DNA of 64,000 nt from Mobula hypostoma (GCF_963921235.1 NC_086101.1:31496001-31560000), one strand, 5' to 3'. Positions 49,330 through 62,439 are shown, counted from the stretch's first letter. Notes: generated by a model not told the origin, from the letters alone. Numbers and translations: made by a program.

Positions 49330-52270
49330 AAGTTAAATAGGAATTGATATGGGAGGTGAGGGGAGTAATGAATTAAAAGTATTGTATATGAATGCACGGA
49401 GTATAAGAAATAAAGTGGATGGGCTTGAGGCTCAGTTGGAAATTGGTAAGTATGACGTTGTGGGAATAACAGAGACATGGCTTCAAGTGGACAGGGCCTG
49501 GGAAATGATTATTCAAAGGTATACGTCCTATCGAAAGGACAGACTGATGGGCACAGGGGGTGGGGTGGCTCTGTCAGTGAGGAATGATATTCAGTCCCTT
49601 GCGAGGGGGGACATAGAATCAGGAGACGTTGAGTCAGTATGGATAGAACTGAGAAATTCTAAGGATAGAAAGACCCTAATGGGAGTTATCTACGGCCCCC
49701 GAAACAGTAGTCTGGATGTAGGGTGTAAATTGAATCAAGAGTTAAAATTGGCATGTCGCAAAGGTAATGCTACAGTTGTTACGGGGGACTTCAGCATGCA
49801 GGTAGACTGGAGGAATTAGGTTGGTACTGGATCCCAAGAAAGGGAGTTTGTGGAGTCCCTCCGAGATGGATTCTTAGAACAGCTTGTACTGGAGCCTACC
49901 AGACAGAACGCAATTCTAGATTTAGTGTTGTGCAATGGACTGGATTTGATCAGGGACCTTGAGGTAAAGGAGTCATTAGGAGGTAGTGACCATAATATGA
50001 TAAGTTTTAATCTACAATTTGAGAGGGAGAAGGGAAACTCGGAAGTGTCAGTATTACAGTTGAACAAAGGGAACTATGGTGCTGTGAGGGAGGAGCTGGC
50101 CAAAGTTCAATGGAACAATACCCTAGCAGGGATGACAGTGGAACAACAATAGCAGGTATTCCTGGGAATAATGCAGAAGGTGCAGGATCAGTTCATTCCA
50201 AAGAGGAAGAAAGATCCTAAGGGGAGTAAGGGGAGGCCGTGGCTGACAAGGGAAGTAATGGACAGTATAAAAATAAAAGAGAAGTATAACATAGCAAAGA
50301 CGAGTGGGAAGCCGGAGGATTGGGAAACTTTTAAAAAGCAACAGAAGGTAACTAAAAAGGCAATACATGGAGAAAAAATGAGGTACGAAGGTAAACCAGC
50401 CAAGAATATAAAGGAGGATAGTAAAAGCTTCTTTAGGTATGTGAAAAGGAAAAAAATAGTTAAGACCAAAATTGGGCCCTTGAAGACAGAAGTGGGTGAA
50501 TTTATTCTGGGGAACAAGGAAATGGCAGATGAGTTGAACAGGTACTTTGGATCTGTCTTCACTAGGGAAGACACAAACAATCTCCCAGATGTAATAGTGG
50601 CCAAAGGACTTAGGGTAATGGATGAATTGAAGGAAATTTATATTAGACAGGAAATGGTGTTGGATAGACTGTTGGGTCTTAAGGCTGATAAGTCCCCGGG
50701 ACCTGATGGTCTGCATCCCAGGGTATGTAAGGAGGTGGCTTTAGAAATCGTGGACGCATTGGTAATCATTTTCCAATGTTCTATAGATTCAGGGTCAGTT
50801 CCTGTGGATTGGAGGGTGGCTAATGTTGTCCCTCTCTTCAAGAAGGGAGGAAGAGAGAAAACAGGGAATTATAGACCGGTTAGCCTGATGTTGGTGGTGG
50901 GAAAGATGCTGGAGTCAATTATAAAAGATGAAATTACAACACATCTGGATAGCAGTAACAGGATTGGTCAGAGTCAGCATGGATTTACGAAGGGGAAATC
51001 GTGCTTGACAAATCTTCTGAAATTTTTTGAGGATGTAACTATGAAAATGGACAAGGGAGAGCCAGTGGATGTAGTGTACCTGGACTTTCAGAAAGCCTTT
51101 GATAAAGTCCCACATAGGAGATTAGTGGGCAAAATTAGGACACATGGAATTGGGGGCAGAGTACTGACATGGATTGAAAATTGGCTGGCTGACAGAAAAC
51201 AAAGAGTAGCGATTAACGGGTCCGTTTTGGAATGGCAGGCGGTGACCAGTGGGGTACCGCAGGGTTCAGTGCTGGGACCGCAGCTGTTTACAATATATAT
51301 TAATGATTTAGATGAGGGAATTAAAAGTAACATTAGCGAATTTGCCGATGACACAAAGCTGGGTGGCAGTGTGAAATGTGAGGAGGATGTTATGAGAATG
51401 CAGAGTGACTTGGACAGGCTGGGTGAGTGGGCAGATGCATGGCAGATGCAGTTTAATGTGGATAAATGTGAGGTTATCCACTTTGGTGGTAAGAACGGGA
51501 AGGCAGATTATTATCTAAATGGAGTCAAGTTAGGAAAAGGGGAAGCACAACGAGATCTAGGTGTTCTTGTACATCGGTCACTGAAAGCAAGCATGCAAGT
51601 ACAGCAGGCAGTGAAGAAAGCTAATGGCATGCTGGCCTTCATAACAAGGGGAATTGAGTATAAGAGCAAAGAGGTCCTTCTGCAGCTGTACAGGGCCCTG
51701 GTGAGACCACACCTGGAGTACTGTGTGCAGTTTTGGTCTCCAAATTTGAGGAAGGATATTCTTGCTATTGAGGGAGTGCAGCATAGGTTCACAAGGTTAA
51801 TTCCCGGGATGGTGGGACTGACATATGTCGAAAGATTGGAGCGACTGGGCTTGTATACTCTGGAATTTAGAAGGCTGAGAGGGGATCTTATTGAAACATA
51901 TAAGATTATTAAGGGATTGGACACGCTGTAGACAGGAAGCATGTTCCCGCTGATGGGTGAGTCCAGAACCAGGGGCCACAGTTTAAGAATAAGGGGTAGG
52001 CCATTTAGAACGGAGTTGAGGAAAAACTTTTTCACCCAGAGAGTGGTGGATATGTGGAATGCTCTGCCTCAGAAGACTGTGGAGGCCAAGTCTCTGGATA
52101 CTTTCAAAAAAGAGATGGATAGAGCTCTTAAAGATAGTGGAATGAAAGGTTATGGGGATAAGGCAGGAACTGGATATTGATAGTGGATGATCAGCCATGA
52201 TCACAGTGAATGGCGGTGCTGGCTTGAAGGGCTGAATGGCCTACTCCTGCACCTATTGTCTATTGTCTAT
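49330..52270 (+). mobile_element. Young CR1 with near-complete ORF2 (endonuclease + RT), a few stops
   Basis: LYMNARSIRNK...GITETWL endonuclease, the 586-aa RT ORF 50171-51931 (KFADD variant EFADD) and a (ctattgt)n tail. Confidence 0.95.
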
Positions 52271-53166
52271 AATAAATATCATCTTTGATACTTTCAACTT
52301 TTAACTTTGTGAGTTAACCTGAACTCATATGACCGTGGGTAATATTGCATCACAACCAGCCAGTCCCAGCACAAACTGAGTGGCTGGTTATCTGAAATTG
52401 TTGCAGGCAGTGTTAAGGATTTTTCTCCACACTTCCAGTCAGCATGGATTGCCTCGGCAGATCTGGGACAAGGGCTTCTATATCCCAAGTCCCAGTCCCG
52501 AGGATGCTGACTAGATGTCCACCATCCCATACTCTCTGCCCCTGGTTCCCAGCTCTGGTGCAAACATTGTATTGGTGTTGCTGAAGTCATTTTGTTCTCC
52601 TTGTTCACCCCTCCCACTGACTCTCCCCCGGTTACCCTGGTTACCCTGGGCACTGGTGAGACCACACAGGGAGTGCTGTGCGCTACTGGTCTCCTTGGTT
52701 TAGGAAGCTGGAGCAGTTCGAGGAAAGTTTGTGTGACAAATATCTGGGACGAGCAAGTGTCTGATCTACGAAGTCTGACAGAAGGGGTTTGTGCTCACTG
52801 GGGTTTGAACGAGTGGATTGTGGTGGGGCCGGGGGGTAACTGGACTGAAACATCCTGAAGGGTCTGGCTGTGGAGAGGATGTTTTCTTTTGTGGAAGAAT
52901 CAGGAAACAATGGGCATTGTTCACAAGTAAAGAGATGCCCCTTTAAGGCAGAGGGGCACAAGGTAATTTCTCTGGAGTCAAAATTGCTGGAACTCACTCC
53001 CATAAAGGGCCATGACACCAAAGCTTCAGGTATTGTTTTAGGATGGACTGTCACTGCGGGAGGCAGAAAGTTACCAGGATGAAAAGTTATGAGGGAAACT
53101 GAATTTGGGGATATAACTGACCCACAGCCCTATCACCAGCTCCTGGGATCACAGCTGAGTGATTAA

Positions 53167-53266
53167 GGTGCTTACTATAGACAAGAGAAAATCTGCAGAT
53201 GCTGGAAATCCAAGCAAAACACACACAAAATGCTGAGTTCCTCCCGCATTTTGAGGGTGCTTACTA
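53167..53266. mobile_element. 78-bp Penelope-terminus insertion with 11-bp direct repeats
   Basis: ggtgcttacta at 53167-53177 and 53256-53266 flanks a collapsed Penelope-type end with a small hairpin. Confidence 0.7.
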
Positions 53267-53569
53267 CACCCGCTTTAGACAGAGCCAATAACAGGACTCT
53301 GAAATGGAGCAACTCCGCAAACATCACAATCCCATGAACAGCCATGTGATGACTGGGGACTGTCCTGCTCTCTCTGATACTGGCTGCAGGATACTTTTCT
53401 GTTGAGACCCCAGACCGACACTCACAGGAATACATCACCACCTGTCTCTCCCTTTGGACCTGTGATGTGGAGCCAGACCAGGCCATGGTACAGGGAACCA
53501 CAGTCTGGTGACAGGTAGAGAGCTGCTCATTATCCTCACTCTGTGCCCCACCAGACAGACATACAGACA

Positions 53570-53570
53570 G

Positions 53571-53610
<40 letters not shown>
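53570..53610. repeat. (CA)n microsatellite
   Basis: Directly visible. Confidence 0.95.
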
Positions 53611-53612
<2 letters not shown>

Positions 53613-53619
53613 CCCTGAG

Positions 53620-54240
53620 ATGCAGGGAGAGCTGGCGAATTGGATACACAACTGAAATGGCGCTGTAGAGCTGAGAGTGATGGTGGAAAGTTGTTTCTCA
53701 GCCTGGAGGCTCATGACCAATGGTGTTCTCCAGGAGTCAGTGCTAGCACCACCATTAATTGTCATCTATATCAATGATTTAGATGAGAATGTACAGGCAT
53801 GGTTAGTAAGTTTTTCAATGACACCGAAATAGGTGGTGTCATTGACAGTCAGAAATTACACAGGAATCAGGATTAGCTGGGTAATTGGACTGAGGAATGG
53901 CAAATATATTTAAATTCGGATTAGTGTGCGATATTGCATTTTGGAAAGTCAGGTGAGGGTAGGGCTTTCACAGTGAAAGTATGTACCTGGGCAGTGTTGT
54001 AGAACAAAGGAACCCAGGAGTGCGGATACATGGTTCCTGCAAGTGGACTCACAGGCAGACAGGGTGGTGAAGGCAGCTTTTGGCACACTGGCCTTCATCA
54101 GCCACGGCTTTGAGTATAGAGGCTGTGTTGTGTTGAAGCTGTACCAGACATTGGTGACACTGTATTTGGAGTATCGTGTTCAGGTTTAGCCACCCTCTGT
54201 ACAAAGACGTCAGTAAACTGGAAAGAGTTCCAGAGACCCA
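53620..54240 (+). mobile_element. Decayed CR1 RT fragment
   Basis: TNGVLQESVL, IYINDLDE and LYQTLV.LYLEYRV motifs. Confidence 0.8.
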
Positions 54241-57200
54241 GTCAGCGGCGGGAACAGAGCACTTTGACAGGTCACTCGCAGGTCAGCGAAGCTTGTGTAA
54301 AAGGAGACCTTCGCGGGTGTTCGAACATTCCAGAGGAGGGAGCAGAGCACTGAAAATTAAATAAAAGTACAGAAGGGACAAGTGGGGAGGCCATTATCAG
54401 GATGGCCATTGTTGGGAGAAGGCCAGCGGTGAGAGTAGGAACGTCAGGCTTTGAATCACGAGGCTTTGATGAGGAGGCCAAAGACACAGGTTAGAAGAGT
54501 TCGTTTTTCCTTTTCGTTATTGCTGATTTGGATTTGGTTGCCCACTGTACAGAGCAGGCAGGATGGCAGATATGGCAATGGAATGCTCCTCCTGTAGGAT
54601 GTGGGAATTCATGGAACCTGATGGTATCCCTGGCAACCACACCTGTGGGAAGTACAGCCAACTCCAGCTCCTGAAAGACGCATTAAGGAGCTGGAACTGG
54701 AGTTGGCTGAACTAAGGATCATCGGGGAGGCAGAGAAATTGACAGATATGACTTTTGAGCAGCTGGTTATACCCAGTGTGCAGAATTCAGGGAGTAGGTG
54801 GGTGAACACCGAGAGAGAGGTAAAGGGAGAAAGAACGCAGTGCAGGGTCCTTCTGTGGCCATACCCCTCTGGATACTGCTGTGGGGGATGACCTGTCTGG
54901 GCAAGGCAGCAGCAGCCAGACCAATAGCTCTGTGGTCGGCTCTGAGCCTCAAAAGGGTAGAGTGAAGTTAAGAGGAACAATAGTCACAGGGGACTCAGTA
55001 GTTAGGGGACAGGTAGGAGCTCCTGCGGCAGTAAAGGAGACACCAGGGTAGTGTGTTGCCTCCCGGGAGCTCGGGTCCAGGATGTCTCTGAGTGGTTGCA
55101 GAATATTCTTGAAGGGAAAGGTGATCAGCCAGAGGTTGTGGTACATGTTGGTACCAATGACATGGGGAGGATGTAGGCAGGAGAGGCATAGAGGTCCTGT
55201 GCAGTAAGTTGAGGGAGTTAGGAAGGAGGCGGAAGAGCAGGACCTCCAGGGTAATAATCTCTGGATTACTCCCGGTGCCACGAGCTACAGAAGGTCAGAA
55301 CAGGAAGATAGCGCAGATGAATGAGTAGCTGAGGAGATGGTGCAGGGGAGAGGGTTTCAAGTTCCTGGATCATTGGAACCTTTTCTGGGGAAGGGTGACC
55401 TGTTCAAGTGGGACGGGTTGCACTTGGACTGCAGGGGAACCAATATCCTGGGAGGGATGTTTGCTCATGCTATTGGGAGGGTTTAAACTAGATTCGCAGG
55501 GAGGTGGGAGCCAAAGTGAAGAGGTGGAGGATGGGCGGTTGGCACACAATTAGAGACAGCTTGCAGAGAGTTTGTGAGGAAGGATAAGCAGATGATAGAG
55601 CAAAGATGTACTCAGCCAGATGATTTGAGATCTGTCTATTTTAATGCAATGAGCATCATGAGCAAGGCTGATGAATTTAGAGCATGGATGAATACGTGGA
55701 ACTATGACGCTCTGGCCATTACAGAGACTTGGATGTCTCAGGAGCAGGAATGGCTGCTGAGGGTGCCGGGCTTTAGATGTTTCAAGAAGGACAGGGAGGG
55801 AGACAAAAGAGGTGGGAGAGTGGCATTGCCAATCAAAGATAGTATCGTGGCTGCAGAAAAGGGAGGATTGTCTACTGAGTCATTGTGGCTGGAAATCAAA
55901 AACAGGAAGGGGGCAATAACTCTACTGGGTGTTTCTAATAGACCCCCCCAATAGAAACAGAGACATCGAGGAGCAGATAGGGAGGCAGATTCTGGAACGA
56001 TGCAATAATGATAGGGTTGTTGTGATGGGTGATTTTAACTTTCCTAATATTGACTGGCTATACTTGATCTAGTATTAGGAAATGAACCTGATCAGATGCC
56101 AGATCTCTCAGGAGAGCATTTTGAAGGTAGTGATCACAACTCTATCTCCTTTACTGTAGTGCTAGAGAGGGATAGGAGCAGAAAATTTGGGAAAACATTT
56201 AATTGAGGTAGGGGGAAATATAATGCCACCAGGCAGGAACTTGGGAACATAAATTGGGGGCAGATGTTCTCAGGGAAATGCACAGCAGAAATGTGGCAAA
56301 TGTTCAGGGAACATTTCCAAGGTGTTCTGCATTCCATTGAGTCAGGGAAAGGATGGTTGGGTAAAAGAACCATGGTGCACAAAAGATGTAGAAAATCTAG
56401 TTAAGAAGAAACAAAAAACTTACAAAAGGTTTAAAATCCTAGGTACTGTTGGAGCTCTAGAAAATTACAAGGGTGCCAGGAAGGAGCTCAAGAATGAAAT
56501 TTGGAGAACTGGAAGAAATAGAAGGCCTTGGTGAGCAGGATTAAGGAAAACCCAAGGCATACAACAAGTATGTGAAGAGCAAGAGGATGAACCGTATGAG
56601 TATAGGACCAATCACATGTGACAGTGGAAAAGTGTGCATGGAGTCAGAGGAGGTAGCGGAGGTACTTAATGAATACCTTGCTTCAGTATTCACCAGTGAA
56701 AAGGACCTTGGCAATTGTGGGGATGACTTACAACAAACTGAAATGCTTGAACATATAGACATTAAGAAAGAGGATGTGCTGGAGCTCTTGAAATGTATTA
56801 AGTTAGATAAGTCACCGGGACCGGACGGGATGTACTCCAAGCTACTGTGGGAGGCGAGGGAGGAGATTGCTGAGCCTCTGGCGATGATCTTTGCATCATC
56901 AATAGGGACGGGAGAAGTACCAGAGGGTTAGAGGGTTTCAAATGTTTTTACCTTGTTCAAGAAATGGAGTAGAGATAACCCAGGAAATTATAGACTAGTG
57001 AGTCTTACTTCAGTGGTGGGCAAGTTGTTGGAGAAGATCTTGAAAGGCAAGATTTATGAACATTTGGATCTGATTAGGGATAGTCAGTGTGGCTTTGCCA
57101 AGAGCAGGTCATGCCTTATGAGCCTGATAGAATTCTTTGAGGATGTATCAAAACACATTGATGAAGGTAGAGCAGTGGCTCATTCAGAAAGTAAGGAGGC

Positions 57201-58300
57201 ATGGGATCCAAGGAGATTTTGCTTTGTATCCAGAATTGGCTTGGCCACAGGAGGCAAAGGGTAGTTGTAGATGGTTTGTGTTCCGTATGGTGGTCAGTGA
57301 ACAGTGATGTTCCGCAGGGATCTGTTCTGGGATCTCTTTGTGATTTTTATCAATGACCTGCATGAAGATGTAAAAGGGTGAGCTTGTAAATTTGCTGATG
57401 ACACAAAAGTTGGGAGTGTTGTGGATTGTCTGGACGGTTGTCAGAAGTTACAGCGGGACATCGATAGGATGCAAAACTGGGCTGAGAAGTGGCAGATGGA
57501 CTTCAACCCAGATAAGTGTGAAATGGTTCATTTTGGTAGGTCCAATCTGAAGACAGAATATAATAATAATGGTAAGACTCTTGTCAGTGTGGGGGATCAG
57601 CGAGATCTTGGGATCCATGTCCATAGGACATTAAAAAACTGCTGCACAAGTTGACAGTGTTGTTAAGAAGGCGTATGGTGTGATGGCCTTCTTCAACCAT
57701 AGGATTGAGTTCAAGAGCCATGAGGTAATGTTAAAGCTATATAAGACCTTGGTTAGACCCCATTTGGAGTACTATGTTCAGTTCCAGTCACCTGACTACA
57801 GGAAGGATGTGGATACTATAGAGAGAGTGCAGAGGAGATTTACAAGGATGTAGCCTGGATTAGAGGGTGTGCCTTATGAGAATAGGTTGAGTGAACTTGG
57901 TCTTTTCTCCTTGGAGCAACAGAGGATGAGAGGTGACCTGATAGAGGTGTATAAGATGAATGAGAGGAATCGATCGTGTTGATAGCCAGAGGCTTTTTCC
58001 CAGGACTGAAATGGCAAACATGAATGGGCATAGTTTTAAGGTGCTTGGAAGTAGGAATGTCAGAGGTAAGATTTTCACACAGAGAGTGGTGGGTGTGTGG
58101 AATGCACTGCCAGTGACGGTGGTGGAGGCGGATACGATAGGGTCTTTTAAGAGCCTCTTAGGTAGGTAGATGGAGCTTATAAAAACAGAGGGCTATGCCG
58201 TAGGGATATTCTAGGCAGTTTCTAGAGTGTGTAACTTGGTCAGTACGACATTGTACACTGAAGGGCCTATAATATGCTGTAGATTTCTCTGTTCTGTGTT
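54240..58300 (+). mobile_element. Near full-length but decayed CR1 (5' UTR, ORF1, ORF2, tail)
   Basis: ORF1 MAMECSSCRMW...CGK zinc finger, coiled coil and GDS esterase motif; ORF2 YFNA.SI..K, ITETW, SPGPDG and KFADD; many stops and internal deletions. Confidence 0.88.
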
Positions 58301-60452
58301 TTGTGAATGCAGAGGAGATTTACAAGGAAGTTACCAAGACTCAAGAGACTGAGTACAGAGGTATAAATGAGGGGTGATCTTAGATCATCATTATGTGGTA
58401 TGTTGTATGACGTAGGTGATCATTGTTTGTGATCATGATTGTTCCTGGCAAATTTTTTATGGAAGTAGTTTTCCATTGTGGTCTTTACAAGATGGGTGAT
58501 CCCAGCCATTAACCATACTATTCAGAGATTGTCGGCCTGGCATCAGCGATCACATAACCAGGACTTGTGGTATGAACCAACTGCTCATATGACCATCCAC
58601 CAGCTGCTCTCATGGCTTCATGTGAGCCTGATTGTGGGGTGGGGGGGAGTGCGAAGCAGCTGCTACACCTTGCCCAAGAGTGACCTCAGGTGAGCAGAGA
58701 GAAGGAGCCCTAACCCCTCATCTGATAGGGACATATCTCCATCTTATAGAGATGTATAACATCAAGAGGGACATATATAGAGTGAATGTATAAAAGGGAG
58801 ACTTCTTTACACAAAGGATGGTACTGTTTGAACAATTTAGTTATTTGTTTATCTATTATTTATTTTTTTATTGTAACTTACAATAATTTTTGTGTCTTGC
58901 ACTGTAACTGCTGCCACAAAACAGGAAATTTCATGACATTTGTCACTGACAATAAACCTAATTCTGCTATATGTGGAATCAGTTGCCAGTGAAGTGGTTG
59001 AAGTACATGAACCACATTCACAAGGTGCTTGGACAGATACATGGACAGGAAAGGTTTAGAGGGACATGGGCCAACGCAGGCGAGTGGGAGTCGTTTGATG
59101 GGCATGAATAAGTTGGGACAAAGGGCATTTTTCTGTGCTGTCTAACCTATGCAAAAAAAAATCTGCAGGAGAAACACAGCAGGTTAAGCAGCATCCGTGG
59201 AGGGAAATGGACAGTCAATCTTTCGGGTCGAGACGCTTCATTGAGCCTCAAAATGTTGACTACTCATTTCCCTCCACAGTTGCTGCCTGACCTGCTGAGT
59301 TCCTCCAGCGTTTTGTATGTGTTGCTGTGGCTAAACTATATTCCCACGAGACACTGGGACAACATCAAGCTATTGGTAATTGGAAATAAATCATGTATAT
59401 TTAAAGTAAGGCAAAGAAGGACAAATGTGTTTAAAACACGGTTATCGGGACAAGAGCCCTTCCACGGCCAATACAATAGAGCAGTCACCATCGCTGGACA
59501 GACAGCGCTAGTGAAGGGTTAATCCTGAGTCTCTGCATGGGAGGGAGCAATGGGAGGGGCAGTTTGCAATCCCAGCTCTCACACATGGAATTCTCTGCCC
59601 CCAAGCGTGGAGAGGGCCAGATTGTCACATAGTGTATACAAAGTGAAGCTGGAGAAGTATTGGAGCAGCTGAATATCCCTCCCTGGCTCCTATTTTCTTG
59701 TCTTCTGACAGTGCAGAGCAAGGCCGACTGCCCTCCATCACCAGCGATCTCTCGGAGTAACTTACCCTCATCAGTGTCCTGTCTGCCCCCTCTAATCTCC
59801 GGTCAATGGTAAAACACATGGGTCTTCACACTGTAACTGGGACATAGAGTCATGGACCTAATGTGTGTAAATAAAGGTTCAATTGGCAGCATGGATTTAG
59901 CGGGCCGAATGGCCTGTTTCTGTGTTGTCCAACTCTATGAAAGAGAGGTCAGTAATCAGGACAGGAGAGCGGGTGGCTAATCACATATGACTGTGTGTGT
60001 CATATCTGATATGTGTGTGTTTGTGTGCATGTGTACACACAGGACATGAGAGGGAGATCAGTAGCCAGGTGTGTTTGTATACAGGACGGGGGGGGGGGGT
60101 CAGTAACCAGGTGCGTGTGTACACAGGCAGGAGAGAGAAGTCTGTAATTCAGGTGGTTACATGGGACAATGGGGTAATGGTGGTGGAGAATTGGTCAGTG
60201 TCCAGCTGGGAGATGGCGTGTCCCTCCTTGGCCAAATAGAGTGTGTTGTGCAGACTCTGGGTGCGGTACGCAGTATGGGGAGATGCTGAAATACTACACT
60301 TAGCTCTGTCCCAGGTAACCAGACCCGTCTCTCCCCCTTCCACCCGACCACAACTTAAAAATTTATTCTAACTTTCCTCTGTTCTGGTGTAAGCTCAACC
60401 ATGGACTCTGCGTCTCTCCACGGCTGCTGCCCGACAGCTGAGAGTTTCCTCC

Positions 60453-60744
60453 TTTCACTTCCTCTCGGTCTGTCTCAGTACACGGAGAGTGGGGGTTGGG
60501 GAGGAGAGGTTCAGTCATTGCAGCTCTGGGGTTGCTCACGGTATTGATAAGGTTAAAATTATTGTGTCCCTGTAATCTGTCAAAAGGGATGTGGGCTGTG
60601 AGCGTCCCAGGACTGAAACCAGAGCTGCGGCAATACAAACCCGGCCCAAACCAGTGATGTAAACATCGGCCAATCCCGCCCAATCACAGTGTAGCGGTGT
60701 GTGGCGTCACCAGTCTCCGGGTAAACCTGTCGGCCTCCTTGTCC
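60453..60744 (-). promoter_or_regulatory. X-Y module 5 (class I-like) with double CCAAT, GC box and a nearby Ets-IRF composite element
   Basis: S-position GGACAAG (60744-60738), 16 bp, X CCCGGAGACTGGTG (60721-60708), X2 TGACGCC, then ATTGG-GCGGG-ATTGG (60684-60670). GGAAGTGAAA at 60462-60453. A plus-strand donor CGG/GTGAGT lies at 60788. Confidence 0.7.
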
Positions 60745-61073
60745 TTTCCCTGTGGGTCTTGTGCCCGGGCTGTGTTGTTGCCCACGGGTGAGTGACTACA
60801 CCCAACCCACAGTGCAGCGTGGGTAGGGAGGCAGGGGTGAAAATCCTGGGGCAACCTCACAGAACATGATTAAAGTATTGAACGTCAATCGGAGGTGGCA
60901 TTGACGGGCATCTCTGTGTTTGCCACTTAATATCCCAAACCAGAATATTATGCTTGTCTTATTTTTTGGGGTATAGACTTCATTACATGAAGACAGAAAA
61001 TCTTATATTGGAACAACACAGAGGAGGCTATTTAGTCCATGATGCCTCACAGTGAACAACCGCATTGGCTTTA

Positions 61074-61623
61074 CATTCAGTGGCCACCTTAATTGATAGT
61101 TTCTGTACCTAATAAAGTGGCCAGTGGGTGTACGTTCATGGTCTTCTGCTGCTGTAGCCCACCCACTTCAAGTTTCGGTGTGTTGTGCATACAGAGATGC
61201 TCTACTGTTGTAACATGTAGTTATTTGAGTTACTGTCACCTTCTTGTCACCTTGAACCAGTCTGGCCATTCTCCTCTGCCGTCTCTCATTAACAAGGCAT
61301 TTTTGCCCACAGAGCTGCCATTCACTTTTTTTTCCCCCACACCATTCTTTGTAAACTCTAGAGACTGTTGTGTGTGAAAATCCCAGGATATCAGCTGTTT
61401 CTGAGATACACAAACTACCCCATCTGGCACCAACAATCATTCCATGGCAAAAGTCATTTAGATTGCATTTCTTCCCCGTTCTGATGTTTGGCCTGAACGA
61501 CAGAACCTTTTGAGCATGTCTGCATCATTTCATGCATTGAGTTTCTGCCTTCTGATTGGCTGATCAGACATCTGTATTAATGAGCAGGTGCACAGGTATG
61601 CCTAAGAAAGTGGCCACTGAGCG
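61074..61623 (-). mobile_element. Internally deleted Tc1-like DNA transposon
   Basis: TA-flanked TIRs cattcagtggccac / gtggccactgagcg. Minus ORF MIVGAR...ISETADILGFSHTTVSRVY is a Tc1 paired-like HTH. Confidence 0.88.
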
Positions 61624-62439
61624 TATTTGGGAAATGGGTTGTTCATGTCAATGACCAACATACAGCGGTCGTTGTGGCAGTCTACAAATGGTGCCATGTT
61701 TCCAGCACCACAATTGCATACCCACAACTCAGTAACCCTAACACATACGTCTGGAGGATCTGGAGGAAACCAACACAATCATGGTAGAACATATGAACTC
61801 CTCACAGACCGCAATGGAAGTTGAACCCTAATCATTCAGATGTCACTGTAGTAACATGTTACACTAACTGCTACACTACCATGTCAGCCTCTTTACACAT
61901 TAATCACATTTCACCCAACACCCACCCTCTCCCTTATTTTACTCTGCCTCCGAAAACTATTCTCTCTCACGCATGCTCATCATCACGTCCTTTGAGTGTT
62001 TTGCCATTTCCCTACATTGAGGGTGATTCTGGGTCACTTGTTAACCCATCGGCTTGCCAGGCTGTCATTGTGAAACAAAGGGAACTGTAAACTCCAGAGC
62101 ATCCAGTCAGTAGGAGAAACTGCCAATGATGGAAATGTGTAAGAGGAAAAAAAAACACCTTGGAATTGCTGGAAACTATCAGCAAATCACAAACACAAAA
62201 AAAGTGCTGGATATTTTGAGCAACACACCCGAATTGTTGGAGGAGCTCAGCAAGTCAGGCAGCATATTTGGAGGGAAATAAATAGTTGACATTTCATGCC
62301 GAGATTCTTCATCAGGACTGGAAAGGAAGGGGGCAGAAGTCAGAATAAGAGAGTGGGGAAGGGTAAGGAGTGAAAGACAAGAACTGAAAAGTTGAGTATT
62401 GCAGGTAAAGCAGATGGATCAGAGCATAGATTAACCTGT

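Noticed and set aside
50171-51931. 586-aa ORF as a host gene or active retrotransposon
   Set aside because: It is CR1 RT. Stops upstream and downstream and the missing ORF1 make this copy non-autonomous.
53345-53515. Plus-strand signal-peptide-like LGTVLLSLILAAG followed by HSQEY (class I-like)
   Set aside because: The ATG is followed by two stops, leader and alpha1 would be separate exons, and there is no further similarity.
59468-59498. Sixth X-Y module (TCCAGCGATGGTG ... ATTGG)
   Set aside because: CCAAT-to-X spacing is 18 bp rather than 27-28 and there is no clear X2, so it was not counted.
60363-60683. MTEPLL... as a CD74-like dileucine N-terminus
   Set aside because: No transmembrane segment or suitable donor follows, and the frame ends in a stop.
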